From Clostridia bacterium (GTDB taxonomy: Bacteria; Bacillota; TC1; JBAXCZ01), in the NCBI GenBank assembly GCA_037141195.1, contig JBAXCZ010000004.1, positions 37,043 to 101,042 on the forward strand: 64,000 nucleotides of DNA. Direction: 5' to 3'. How positions within the stretch are numbered: the stretch's first letter is position 1; the number at the start of each line of letters is the position of its first letter. The translations under genes and the position numbers were made by a program. Of this stretch, positions 16,952 through 26,844 are shown in pieces. A model generated the notes under the pieces. It made no database searches and had not been told where the DNA came from. It saw only the letters and a program-made list of their open reading frames with translations.

Positions 16952-18298
16952 ATGATTTTAATTAAGAATGCTAGTTATCTTGTTCAAAATCAGGACGAAA
17001 TATTAGAAAATGTAGATATTCTTGTTAAAGATAATAAGATTTTTAAGATTGGAAAAGATTTAGGACTAAATTATCCTTATGAAAAGGTTATTGATGCAAC
17101 CAATAAGATTGTTGCGCCTGGCTTTATCAATATGCATACGCATTTATATCAAAATATGTTGAAGGGAATGCGCGATGATTTAGGGCTTAAAGACTGGTGT
17201 GAAAATGTGACATTTCCTTTTGCGATGATTATTCGCTCACAAGATAAAGAACATAATAATCAAGATTTAGCTTATTATTATGGATTATTAGGAGCAATTG
17301 AAATGCTCAAAAGTGGGATAACTACTTTTGTAGATATGGATATAATCTATGATAGTCTTTTCCAGTCATGGCAAGATTTAGGAGTACGAGGGATAGGAGC
17401 AATACAAGCGGTAAATCGCTGGGTACCCAAAGAATTAATGGACACAGATGAAAAAAGAATGGAAGGTATTAAAGCAACAGTAGAGAAATGGCATAATCAG
17501 GGCATTCTAAAAGTAGCAATTGCACCATCTACTCCATTTGCCTGTACGCCTGATTTTCTAGAATGGTTAAAAAATTTAAGCATAGAAAAGGATTTAGGTA
17601 TCTATATCCATATTTCTGAAACTCTTTGGGAGGTGGAGCAGTCGCTTGCAGATTGTGGACTTACCCCACTAGCTTATCTAGACAGTATAAACTTTTTATC
17701 AAAACAAATTTGCGCAATTCATGGTGTGCATTTTACAGAAAAAGAAATGCAAATTGCCAAGGAAAAGCAGGTAACCATTTGCTACAATCCCAAAAGTAAT
17801 GCCAAATTAGGTAGTGGCATAGCACCAATGGTCGAGTATAAAAAACTGGGAATAGATATTTGTTTAGCAACAGACGGTGCAGCATCAAATGATTTATTGG
17901 ACATTTTTGAAGAGATGCGTTTTGGTGTTATGCTGCAGAAAGCCAAATATCAGGATCCTGCTTGTTTTATAGCTGAGGATATTTATCAGATGGCAACTAA
18001 AGCAGGAGCAAAATATTTAGATATCGATGCTGGAGAACTGAAGGAAGGGAAACTTGCAGATATCATAATTTTAGCAACGGAAGAAGCACATTTTGCACCA
18101 GTGCATAATATTATTCAGCAAATTGTCTACTGTGGGAAAGAAAAATCGGTAGAAACCGTTTTAATCAATGGCAAAATAGTAATGGAAGATCGAAAGATCA
18201 AAGGGGTTGATGAAAGTTCAGCCGTAAAAAAAGCAGTAGAATTAGCGAAACAACGATATGGTGAGACTAGTAGAAAAAAATTAAGTGCAGAATTTTAG
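16952..18298 (+). CDS. amidohydrolase, COG0402-type (aminohydrolase/deaminase/chlorohydrolase family)
   Basis: PGFINMHTHLYQ metal-binding motif and a 448-aa fold typical of this family. The ATG at 16952 follows a GGGGTGAG RBS. Confidence 0.8.
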   Translation: MILIKNASYLVQNQDEILENVDILVKDNKIFKIGKDLGLNYPYEKVIDATNKIVAPGFINMHTHLYQNMLKGMRDDLGLKDWCENVTFPFAMIIRSQDKEHNNQDLAYYYGLLGAIEMLKSGITTFVDMDIIYDSLFQSWQDLGVRGIGAIQAVNRWVPKELMDTDEKRMEGIKATVEKWHNQGILKVAIAPSTPFACTPDFLEWLKNLSIEKDLGIYIHISETLWEVEQSLADCGLTPLAYLDSINFLSKQICAIHGVHFTEKEMQIAKEKQVTICYNPKSNAKLGSGIAPMVEYKKLGIDICLATDGAASNDLLDIFEEMRFGVMLQKAKYQDPACFIAEDIYQMATKAGAKYLDIDAGELKEGKLADIIILATEEAHFAPVHNIIQQIVYCGKEKSVETVLINGKIVMEDRKIKGVDESSAVKKAVELAKQRYGETSRKKLSAEF

Positions 18299-18310
18299 GA
18301 GCTGATCAAT

Positions 18311-18730
18311 ATGAAAAAGGTATTTATTGATTGTCCAGAATTAATTCCTTGTAACCCATGTGAATCAGCTTGTTCTTTTGGCGCAATCATTATTGGAAAA
18401 AATATCATAGACCTTCCACAAGTAGACCTACTTAAATGTACAGGGTGTGGAAAATGTGTAGCTGCCTGTCCCGGGCAAGCTTGCTTTGTTGTTGATGAAG
18501 ATTATCAAGATGATTTAGCTACGATTGATTTCCCATATGAATATCTTCCAGAGCCTGTTGTAGGGCTGCAAGTCTATGCAAGAGATAATGAAGGTAGAGA
18601 TATTTGTAAGGGGGAAGTAATTAAAGTAATTAAAAATAAAAATAATCAACAAACAACAATAATTAGGTTAGCAGTTCCCAAAAAAAATGTTTATCAAGTA
18701 AGAGGTATAGGGATTATTGAGGAGGGTTAA
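18311..18730 (+). CDS. 4Fe-4S ferredoxin-domain protein
   Basis: CTGCGKCVAACP motif plus an N-terminal CNPCESAC. The ORF is 139 aa. Confidence 0.7.
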   Translation: MKKVFIDCPELIPCNPCESACSFGAIIIGKNIIDLPQVDLLKCTGCGKCVAACPGQACFVVDEDYQDDLATIDFPYEYLPEPVVGLQVYARDNEGRDICKGEVIKVIKNKNNQQTTIIRLAVPKKNVYQVRGIGIIEEG

Positions 18731-18731
18731 A

Positions 18732-19535
18732 ATGTATGTAATCAGCGGGGTTCTGAACACTAGTCTGGCAGGCGTAAGCGAAATAATCAATGAAAGAAAA
18801 AAGAACTTGTTATTAGAAGTGGTCAGAGAGCAAATTGCTGGTGGAGCACATTGTATTGCCTTAAATTGTGGAACACATATCACTACAGAAGTGGAGGATA
18901 TGGAATGGTTAGTAAAAACCATTCATGGGGAGCTGGAAATTCCAATTTGTATAGATTCTCCTAATGCTTTAGTACAAGAAGTAGGATTGAAAAACAACAA
19001 GTGTGGGAGAGCACTTGTAGATTCAATTACATTAGAACAATCAAGAATCAATGCTATTACACCACTAGTAAAAAAGTATAATGCCAAGGTAATTGTGTTA
19101 CTCCATGATGAAAGTGGAATGCCAAAAAATTCAGAGGAGAGACTTGCCTTACTCCCAAAACTTGAAACTGTTGTGCAAGAATTTGACTTACAAAAAGCTG
19201 ATATTTTTATTGATAGTTTGGTTTTTCCACTTGCAGTTAATACTGAAAACTCCAATATATATTTAGCTTCAGTTCAAGAAGCAAGAAAAAGATATCCCGG
19301 CTATCAATATTGCTGTGGATTAGATAATATTTCATTTGGACTCCCTCAACAAGAATTACTTAATATTGCTATGTTAGGAATGTTGGTAGGTATCAAGCAG
19401 GAAGCAGTAATAATTAAATTAACGCCTGCCGTGGTGGCTTTTATGCATACAATGCAAGGGCTAAGTGGATTGGATGTTGATATGAAAAAATATTTGCAAG
19501 CTTTTAGGAGTAAAAAATTAGAAGTTTTAAGATAA
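18732..19535 (+). CDS. pterin-binding domain protein (AcsE/MeTr, methyl-THF methyltransferase-like)
   Basis: Collinear with Moorella MeTr as I recall it: MEWLV, IDS, GMPK..EERL, IDSLVFP and GLDNISFG. The ATG lies 1 nt after the upstream stop and is preceded by a GGAGGG RBS. Confidence 0.7.
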   Translation: MYVISGVLNTSLAGVSEIINERKKNLLLEVVREQIAGGAHCIALNCGTHITTEVEDMEWLVKTIHGELEIPICIDSPNALVQEVGLKNNKCGRALVDSITLEQSRINAITPLVKKYNAKVIVLLHDESGMPKNSEERLALLPKLETVVQEFDLQKADIFIDSLVFPLAVNTENSNIYLASVQEARKRYPGYQYCCGLDNISFGLPQQELLNIAMLGMLVGIKQEAVIIKLTPAVVAFMHTMQGLSGLDVDMKKYLQAFRSKKLEVLR

Positions 19536-19545
19536 GGTGTTAATT

Positions 19546-20100
19546 ATGAAAAAAATGTTTTTAACCTTTGATGGAGCACCAAATTCACAAGGTACCCCGA
19601 AAATTCTAGAAATATTAAATAAATATCAAATACAAGGAACTTTTTTTCTAGAAGGTAAGCGCCTAGAGTCTAATCAGCAGCTTGCTCAAGAAATAATTAA
19701 AGCGGGGCATAGCATTGGAAATCATTCCTATAGTCATACGGAATTTGATAAATTAGAGCTTGCCGAATGTCTTGCAGAAGTAGAAAACACAGATAATTTG
19801 ATAAGAAATATTCTAGGCATCAAAACAAGGCTAATAAGACCACCTGCAGGGAAAATCACAGAAATAGAGCAAAAGTACTTAGAAAAGCTTGGTTATATCA
19901 TTAGCTTATGGAATATCAGTATTAAAGATTGGCTAGGACCAGATGCAGCTAGCATTGCTGCTAGGTTGGTGAAAGAGTTAGGAAAAGATGAAATAATTTC
20001 AGTGATGCATGATCATGTGGAGTGGATACCAGAGGTTTTAGACATTTCAATTCCCTACATCAAAGCAAATGGTTATGAATTTTTACCAATGAAAATGTAA
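19546..20100 (+). CDS. CE4 / NodB-homology (polysaccharide deacetylase family) protein, short and cytoplasmic
   Basis: FLTFDGAP and GNHSYSH motifs. There is no signal peptide and the protein is about 184 aa. Confidence 0.75.
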   Translation: MKKMFLTFDGAPNSQGTPKILEILNKYQIQGTFFLEGKRLESNQQLAQEIIKAGHSIGNHSYSHTEFDKLELAECLAEVENTDNLIRNILGIKTRLIRPPAGKITEIEQKYLEKLGYIISLWNISIKDWLGPDAASIAARLVKELGKDEIISVMHDHVEWIPEVLDISIPYIKANGYEFLPMKM

Positions 20101-20156
20101 ATGAGGAATAAATAGCTAACTTAATATAAATTTGATAAATTGGAAGGAGCTTGACT

Positions 20157-21119
20157 ATGTTTAGTATCAACCAAGAGGCAGTAAGAATAGTTAAAGAGAA
20201 AATAATTCCTAATGTGGAAATGCTCAATTGCAAGTTACATTTATTGAAAAATGGGGCAACAGTTATAGATATGGGAGTAGAAATGCCTGGCGGATTTCTT
20301 GCCGGAAAATTATTTGTTGAAGCAACAATTGGTGGTATGGGTCATGTGGATTTTGGTAGATTTCAGTGTGGTGCTATTGATTTACCATCGATAGATGTAT
20401 ATATTGATCAACCACAGACAGCAACATTATCATCGCAATTCTCTGGTTGGAAAATGCCGGGAAAAAATTTAGATGGCTGGATTAATCCAATTGGTTCTGG
20501 ACCAGCAAGGGCAATTGCGAAGAATGATATTTTTGCTCAAAGTTGGAGCTATCAAGATCAGCATCATGAAACTGTTTTTGCCGCACAAACAGTAGAGCTA
20601 CCCGACGAAGAAATGGCAGAAATTATTGCCAAAGCATGTAAAATATCAGCATGTAATGTATATATTTTAGCAGCACGCACAGGGAGCCTAACAGGTTCAA
20701 TTCAAGTTTGTTCTCGTACGGTAGAGGCTTCAACATGGAGAATTTGTCGTAAAGGATTTGATATAGCTAAGATTATTAGTGGCATGGGTACTTGCCCAAT
20801 AGCTCCACCAATAAAAGATGAATTAAGGGCAATGGATAGAGTAAACACAGCATTATTATATGGAGTAACCGTGCGTTATTTAGTAGACTGTGCTGATTTA
20901 GAAATAACAAGTATAATTGAACAATTACCATTCAATGCCTCAAAAAGATATGGAGAAGAATTTATCGACTTATTCGAAGAAGGAAAACGCGATTTTTATA
21001 TAGTCGATAAGGATATCCACACAGTAGCTCGATATGAGATTACCAACATCGCCACAGGTAATACATTTAAGGCTGGAGTGCTCAGGGAAGATCTACTAGA
21101 AAAATCTTTGTTTCACTAG
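20157..21119 (+). CDS. methenyltetrahydromethanopterin cyclohydrolase (Mch) family protein, paralogue 2
   Basis: Collinear with the 6572 ORF at roughly half identical residues by eye: NGATVIDMG, LSSQFSGW, GSGPARAIA and GSIQVCSRTVE. The ATG at 20157 follows a GGAAGGAG RBS. Confidence 0.7.
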   Translation: MFSINQEAVRIVKEKIIPNVEMLNCKLHLLKNGATVIDMGVEMPGGFLAGKLFVEATIGGMGHVDFGRFQCGAIDLPSIDVYIDQPQTATLSSQFSGWKMPGKNLDGWINPIGSGPARAIAKNDIFAQSWSYQDQHHETVFAAQTVELPDEEMAEIIAKACKISACNVYILAARTGSLTGSIQVCSRTVEASTWRICRKGFDIAKIISGMGTCPIAPPIKDELRAMDRVNTALLYGVTVRYLVDCADLEITSIIEQLPFNASKRYGEEFIDLFEEGKRDFYIVDKDIHTVARYEITNIATGNTFKAGVLREDLLEKSLFH

Positions 21120-21150
21120 ATTCAAAGGATAAGCTAAGGATGGTAGAAGC

Positions 21151-22290
21151 ATGGAAAAAACTAGAGTTCTAATTATAGGTGGAGGCATATTAGGAGCAAC
21201 TACAAGCTATTATTTAGCAAAGCAAGGTTATGCAGTTACAGTGCTAGAAAAAAATGAGCTAGCTTCAGGAGCCTCAGGTGCTAATCTAGGGCAAATTTCT
21301 ATTATAGATAGAGATGAACCCTGGCACCTTAAATTAGCATTAGAATCTCTAACTATATATGAAAACTTAAATCGAGAAACGCCCATAGCATATAAACAGT
21401 CTGGCGGGACAGTTGTCTTAATTAATGAAGAACAGGTAGAAGCAGCCAAACTTATGGCAGCGTATTTAGCTGCATATGGCATAGAGATTAGTTTTTATCA
21501 AGGTAAAGATATGCTGCGAATTGAACCATTTCTTGATTATACGAAAGTGCAAAGCCTAGCTTACTGTGCCCTAGAAGGAAAAATTGACCCTCTTGCAGCA
21601 ACCCTTACATTTTTTTCTAAGGCTAAAGAGCTTGGGGTAGAGATATTCACTAATACTTGTGTGGATAGTTTTGAGGTGGAAAATGGTAAAATTACGAAAG
21701 CTATTGCTAAGGAAAAAGAATATTTTGCAGATATTTTTATTAATGCAACTGGTGCCTGGGCAGGAGGCATAGGAGAACTTCTATGTCTAAAAATACCAAT
21801 TTGTTATCATCGTGGAACAGCTTTTGTTTCTCAACCTATAGCAAGTGTAATAAATGGGCCTGTTGTAGGTGGTGGTTTCATTTTGAAAAGTAGACTTGCT
21901 AGCGAAAAATTGAGAATTGGCTTGGCAGCAGTGCAAAATACCAATGGTAGTATCATCATAGCGCAAGCTACTGAAGAAAGCGAAGTTGATAGTAAAGAAA
22001 TAACAGCACAGGGGCTAACCTTAACGGCAGAAAAATTTATCACATATTTTCCAGCTCTAGCAGAATTGGAAATTGTCCGCGCATGGTCAGCAGTAACTCC
22101 ATACACAAAAGATGGGTTGCCTATATTTGGCTTTACTAAAAGCATCCAAAATTTCTTTGTAGTTGCTGGATTTAAGGGTGCCTTCTCAACTGCTCCAGCT
22201 GTTGGAAAAGCAGTGGCAAGAGCAATCAAGACAGGAATTGCCTATGAAAACAATAGTTTTTCTCCTGACAGAGAAATGCTGGAAAGCTAA
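21151..22290 (+). CDS. FAD-dependent oxidoreductase, DAO family, second copy
   Basis: RVLIIGGGILG...VLEKN..ASGASG dinucleotide fold. The ORF is 379 aa. Confidence 0.8.
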   Translation: MEKTRVLIIGGGILGATTSYYLAKQGYAVTVLEKNELASGASGANLGQISIIDRDEPWHLKLALESLTIYENLNRETPIAYKQSGGTVVLINEEQVEAAKLMAAYLAAYGIEISFYQGKDMLRIEPFLDYTKVQSLAYCALEGKIDPLAATLTFFSKAKELGVEIFTNTCVDSFEVENGKITKAIAKEKEYFADIFINATGAWAGGIGELLCLKIPICYHRGTAFVSQPIASVINGPVVGGGFILKSRLASEKLRIGLAAVQNTNGSIIIAQATEESEVDSKEITAQGLTLTAEKFITYFPALAELEIVRAWSAVTPYTKDGLPIFGFTKSIQNFFVVAGFKGAFSTAPAVGKAVARAIKTGIAYENNSFSPDREMLES

Positions 22291-22387
22291 AGCTCTTGCC
22301 TTGACAGCTAATATAAAAAAACATCTAGCAAAGACAATAAAATATTGAACTTAAACCGTTGCTTAAAGTGAGAGGTGAGTACACCAA

Positions 22388-24526
22388 TTGAATATCATAC
22401 CTGAAGATTATATAGAAAAAGTTTATGCTGGCTGGCTAGGAAAACTGATTGGAATACGGCATGGAGCTCCTATAGAAGGGTGGACCTATGAAAAAATAAA
22501 GAGAGTACACGGTACAATAACAGATTATCTAGTAGACTACAATGATTTTGCTGCTGATGATGACAGTAATGGACCTGTATTTTTTCTGAGAGCATTAGAA
22601 GATTATGATTATACACTCAAACTCACACCTGAGCAAATTGGTTTGACTTGGCTAAACTATGCACCATATGAACATGGTTTTTATTGGTGGGGAGGCTACG
22701 GAAAATCCACCGAACACACAGCATATTTGAATATGCGTAATGGTATCATGGCTCCAAAATCAGGTTCTATCCAGCAAAATGGGGTAACAGTAGCCGAGCA
22801 GATAGGTGGTCAAATTTTTATCGATACTTGGGGACTAGTAGCACCAGCTAATCCAAAACTTGCGGCAGCATATGCCAGAAAAGCAGCAAGTGTATCACAT
22901 GATGGAAATGGTATATTTGGTGGGATGTTTATTGCAGCATGTATAAGTGCGGCCTTTATTCAAGAAAATATCAAAGACATATTAGAAAGTGGCTTTTCTG
23001 TAATTCCGGCAGATTGCGATTATACATTAGTTATGCGTAGTGTTATGAGTTTTCACGAAAAATATCCAGAAGACTGGGAAAAATGTTTTAATTTTATTGA
23101 TGCTAATTATGGCTATGATAAATATCCAGGCAACTGTCATATAATTCCCAACGGAGCAGTTATGATTCTCGCGCTGCTATATGGTGAAAAAGATTTTACT
23201 AACTCCATTAACATCTGCAACATGTGTGGTTGGGATACGGATTGTAATGTAGCCAACATAGGCACGATATTAGGCGTGGCAAATGGCATCATCGGTCTTG
23301 ATTATAATAAGTGGCGAAAGCCCATTAATGATTTTTTTATATGCTCAAGCGTTATTGGCTCGCTAAATATCCAAGATGCGCCACAATTTACTACCTACAT
23401 CGCAAAATGGGGATATAAAATTGCGGGGCAAGAGCCGGAGAATAAATGGAAAAAAATATTATTTGGGGGCGCAGCAAGATTCCACTTCCAGCTTCCTGGT
23501 TCGACACATGGGTTTAGAGTAGCATCAGATTCGCTAACAAAACTGGAATATGCTCTGGTAAATACAAATATAGCAAACATGAATCTAAATGGATCACTTA
23601 AGGTCTCAGTGAACGGAATTGCTGCAGGGGAAGACTTTCGTATCTTCACAAAAACATATTATCGGCCTGAAGATTTTCATGATAGTAGGTATGATCCGTC
23701 TTTTTCGCCTGTTCTTTATCCAGGACAAAGCATCTCAGCTATGGTTATGCTACCTGAATGGTTAGAAAAATCTGAAATACTTGTTAGCATGTATGTGAAA
23801 GATGGGAATTACAACAAATATTTCGATTCAGAAAAAACCTTGCTGACAAGGGGAAAATGGAATCTATTAAATTTTAAGCTACCAAATATGGAGGGTGCTT
23901 GCTTAGAAGAGGCAGGCATAAGAGTAACTGTAAAATCAAATCAGAGGTTTTTGGATAATTCTCTAGTTATATATATTGCTAACTTGGATTTTTCAGGTAA
24001 GCCTAACTATACAATTGATTTTTCCAAAGAGCGGATGGAGTTTTGGAACGGATTACATCAGGAGGTAAGCCAGTTTACTTATCTCAAAGGAAACTGGGAA
24101 CTTGTAGATGATGAATTAGTTGGCAGCGCCTGTGATTTTGGAGAAGCATATACAGGGTCTTATGATTGGGAAGATTATACATTTGAGGCAACCTTAATAC
24201 CAGTAACTGGAGAATCTCATTATATGAATTTCCGAGTGCAAGGAGCAATTCGTTCATATGCATTTGGATTGGAATCAGATGGTAAGGCAATGCTTCGCAA
24301 GAACAACAACGGGTATTCAAAGCTAAGTGGAATAGACTTTGCATGGGAATACAATCATGAATACAGGTTTAGAGCTGAGGTAAAGTATAATTCAATCAGA
24401 ATATGGCATGAAAATATTCTGCTTGTTGAGTATTTTGATAATGATAACCCTTATCTCCAAGGCCAAATTGGTTTTTCTGTGTATAATGGAAGTCGTTGTA
24501 AGTTTAAGGAGTTGAGCATTTATTGA
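22388..24526 (+). CDS. ADP-ribosylglycohydrolase-family domain fused to a C-terminal DUF1080/LamG-like jelly-roll domain
   Basis: N-terminal GWLGKLIGIRHGAPIEG and GWDTDCNVANIGTILG motifs of the ARH family. The C-terminal region of about 200 aa resembles 3-keto-disaccharide hydrolase/DUF1080. The TTG start lies 8 nt after a GAGAGGTGAG RBS. Confidence 0.7.
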   Translation: MNIIPEDYIEKVYAGWLGKLIGIRHGAPIEGWTYEKIKRVHGTITDYLVDYNDFAADDDSNGPVFFLRALEDYDYTLKLTPEQIGLTWLNYAPYEHGFYWWGGYGKSTEHTAYLNMRNGIMAPKSGSIQQNGVTVAEQIGGQIFIDTWGLVAPANPKLAAAYARKAASVSHDGNGIFGGMFIAACISAAFIQENIKDILESGFSVIPADCDYTLVMRSVMSFHEKYPEDWEKCFNFIDANYGYDKYPGNCHIIPNGAVMILALLYGEKDFTNSINICNMCGWDTDCNVANIGTILGVANGIIGLDYNKWRKPINDFFICSSVIGSLNIQDAPQFTTYIAKWGYKIAGQEPENKWKKILFGGAARFHFQLPGSTHGFRVASDSLTKLEYALVNTNIANMNLNGSLKVSVNGIAAGEDFRIFTKTYYRPEDFHDSRYDPSFSPVLYPGQSISAMVMLPEWLEKSEILVSMYVKDGNYNKYFDSEKTLLTRGKWNLLNFKLPNMEGACLEEAGIRVTVKSNQRFLDNSLVIYIANLDFSGKPNYTIDFSKERMEFWNGLHQEVSQFTYLKGNWELVDDELVGSACDFGEAYTGSYDWEDYTFEATLIPVTGESHYMNFRVQGAIRSYAFGLESDGKAMLRKNNNGYSKLSGIDFAWEYNHEYRFRAEVKYNSIRIWHENILLVEYFDNDNPYLQGQIGFSVYNGSRCKFKELSIY

Positions 24527-24615
24527 TGGTTTATCAGTCTTGTAAGCAAAAACACTCTGAACAATCGTAGCAGATAGTAAAGTAAGCATAACAACTAAGG
24601 AAAAAAGGAGAAGCT

Positions 24616-24639
24616 ATGAAAATTGCCATTAACCCATAG
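24616..24639 (+). CDS. 7-codon upstream mini-ORF (MKIAINP)
   Basis: A strong AAGGAG RBS lies 6 nt upstream. The stop is 12 nt before the main ATG, which has no RBS of its own. Confidence 0.25.
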   Translation: MKIAINP

Positions 24640-24651
24640 CTGAGTGTATAT

Positions 24652-25623
24652 ATGCGAGTAGCTATATTATTTAACCCTAACGCAGGTGGTAATAGTCACT
24701 ATACTAATATTGGAAAGATTTTGGGAGAACGATTAAAAGGCTGTAAAATAAAAACATACCCAGGACTTTATGGTCAAACATATATAGAAAATGCTGAAAT
24801 TGTCTCAAGGGTGAATGCTACTGGAGATTACCTTAAAGATCTTTATTCTATAATAATGGAGGTTATCAAAACAAATCCTGAGCTTTTAGTTTGTGTGGGC
24901 GGTGATGGGTTTTTAGCATATATAGCAGATGCAATGATTAGAAACAACATCAAGATTCCACTGCTAGGGATAGCGGGAGGAACTGCAAATGTAGGACCGC
25001 TGATCAATTTTACAGCTGCCAGCTTAATGAGGCTTGATTTAGCTAAAATCAAATTGTCACCAGTCGGTGCTTTGGAAGTAGCCCTTAATAAGAGTATCAA
25101 AGGATACGCTTTTAATGATGTGATAATTGGAAATACTTTTCTTGGGATGCTAAATGAACAAATGTCCAATATTGGTGTAGAAACCTTTATACAAACTGGA
25201 ATTAAAAAAAAGCTAGCACCGTCAACAGATATTGTGCTAGACTATTTTCAGATTGCAAAAAACGAGTTAACATTGCAGTTTAACATGAAAAAGCCTGCTC
25301 AAATTGTAATATCTCCAATTGAAGGAAAAAATTATCTAGGAAAAGCGATAACTGGTTTATTATGTCATGCAACTTTGACAAAAAGTAAAGCGGCATTAGC
25401 ATTACTTGACCGAGTAATAGTAAGCATGGAATCTGAGAACAAAGACAATGAGCTGATGTCGATTGAACAGCTGATTTTTACGGAAGAAGATAAGCTAAGT
25501 ATTTCAGGACTTTCTCGGAATGGTCATGTGATAATTGACGGAAATCCATTTATCAGACAAGCTAAAGAAGCGGTGAATATCAGGTGCATTGCAAATGCCG
25601 TTATTGGTGTTAATATGCTTTAG
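24652..25623 (+). CDS. NAD kinase / diacylglycerol kinase catalytic-fold protein (AcoX-like)
   Basis: VCVGGDGF and GIAGGTAN motifs of the ATP-NAD kinase fold. The ORF is 323 aa. Confidence 0.6.
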   Translation: MRVAILFNPNAGGNSHYTNIGKILGERLKGCKIKTYPGLYGQTYIENAEIVSRVNATGDYLKDLYSIIMEVIKTNPELLVCVGGDGFLAYIADAMIRNNIKIPLLGIAGGTANVGPLINFTAASLMRLDLAKIKLSPVGALEVALNKSIKGYAFNDVIIGNTFLGMLNEQMSNIGVETFIQTGIKKKLAPSTDIVLDYFQIAKNELTLQFNMKKPAQIVISPIEGKNYLGKAITGLLCHATLTKSKAALALLDRVIVSMESENKDNELMSIEQLIFTEEDKLSISGLSRNGHVIIDGNPFIRQAKEAVNIRCIANAVIGVNML

Positions 25624-25792
25624 ACTAGCTCAATAAATCATAATAAATTGTTACTATTAAAAGTAGATATATTAAGTATAAATTGAAGATATTAAGTGGA
25701 CAAATGCTAGTTGTGTAAAGATTTTAGTAGAGTTATAAACTAAAAAGATATGATTTTAATACTTTAACTTGCACTTCAGGGGGAAATATTGC

Positions 25793-26710
25793 ATGCCAAG
25801 GATAACCGTAATAGGCAGCTTAAATATGGATATGGTGATAACTACGCCTAAGATACCAGTAATTGGAGAAACTGTTTTGGGAAGCGGATTTGCGATGTTT
25901 CCTGGTGGTAAAGGTGCAAACCAAGCAGTTGCGGCAGCAAGACTCGGTGGTGATGTGACCATGATTGGGTGTGTGTGTGAAGATTTTTTCGGAAAAGAAT
26001 TAATTAGTAATCTTGCTAATAATGGAGTAAATATTTCACATATTCAGAAAACAGATAATTGTGCTACAGGTGTTGCGATGATAGTCGTTAAAGACGGCGA
26101 CAACCTAATTATTGTTGATCCAGGAGCTAATAGTAAACTTGAGGAGCAACAAATTCAAAATATGGAATTGATCATTGCAGAAAGTAAAATGCTTATTATA
26201 CAATTAGAAATACCTCAAAAAACTGTATTGAAAGCAATGCAATTAGCAAGAAAACATAATGTGCAAGTACTCTTAAATCCTGCACCTGCTAGTAAACTTA
26301 GCGATGAATTGTTAGCCTTAGTGGATATTTGCACTCCAAATGAAACTGAATGTGAAATCCTTACTGGGATAACTATCAAGCAAATAAAGGATGCAGAAAA
26401 AGCCGTGCGCTACTTAAATAAAAAAGACATACCAATAGTAATTGTGACAATGGGAGCAAAAGGCGTAGTATACAATCAAGGAGATAAAATTGTTCATAAG
26501 AAGGCAACTAGGGTTAGGGCAGTGGATACAACTGGGGCAGGTGATGCTTTTTCCGGCGCAATTGCTGTAGCATTAACTCAAGGGGTAGCTTTAGCTGATG
26601 CAATAGATTTTGCGAGTATGGTAGGAGCCATAACAGTTACTAAGAGGGGCGCGCAAGCTTCCTTTCCGAGTATTGAGGAAGTAAGAGCTTTTAAGGCAGA
26701 AATAATATAA
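25793..26710 (+). CDS. rbsK: ribokinase
   Basis: GGKGANQAVAAARLG and DTTGAGDAFSGA PfkB/ribokinase signatures. The ATG at 25793 follows an AGGGGGAAA RBS. Confidence 0.85.
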   Translation: MPRITVIGSLNMDMVITTPKIPVIGETVLGSGFAMFPGGKGANQAVAAARLGGDVTMIGCVCEDFFGKELISNLANNGVNISHIQKTDNCATGVAMIVVKDGDNLIIVDPGANSKLEEQQIQNMELIIAESKMLIIQLEIPQKTVLKAMQLARKHNVQVLLNPAPASKLSDELLALVDICTPNETECEILTGITIKQIKDAEKAVRYLNKKDIPIVIVTMGAKGVVYNQGDKIVHKKATRVRAVDTTGAGDAFSGAIAVALTQGVALADAIDFASMVGAITVTKRGAQASFPSIEEVRAFKAEII

Positions 26711-26844
26711 TGTGTGAATTGAAATCTTTCATTTATAGATTAATTCTTTGAATTTAATTACTTATTATTTATGAAGATACAACTTAAAATTGCCAATAGT
26801 TGTTTATTTAGGATCTGTGATAAGCTAGAGCATGACAAGAGAGG

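Noticed and set aside
22163-22348. A 61-aa ORF spanning the end of the second DAO gene.
   Set aside because: It is in an alternative frame overlapping a well-supported gene, with no RBS and no recognisable motif.
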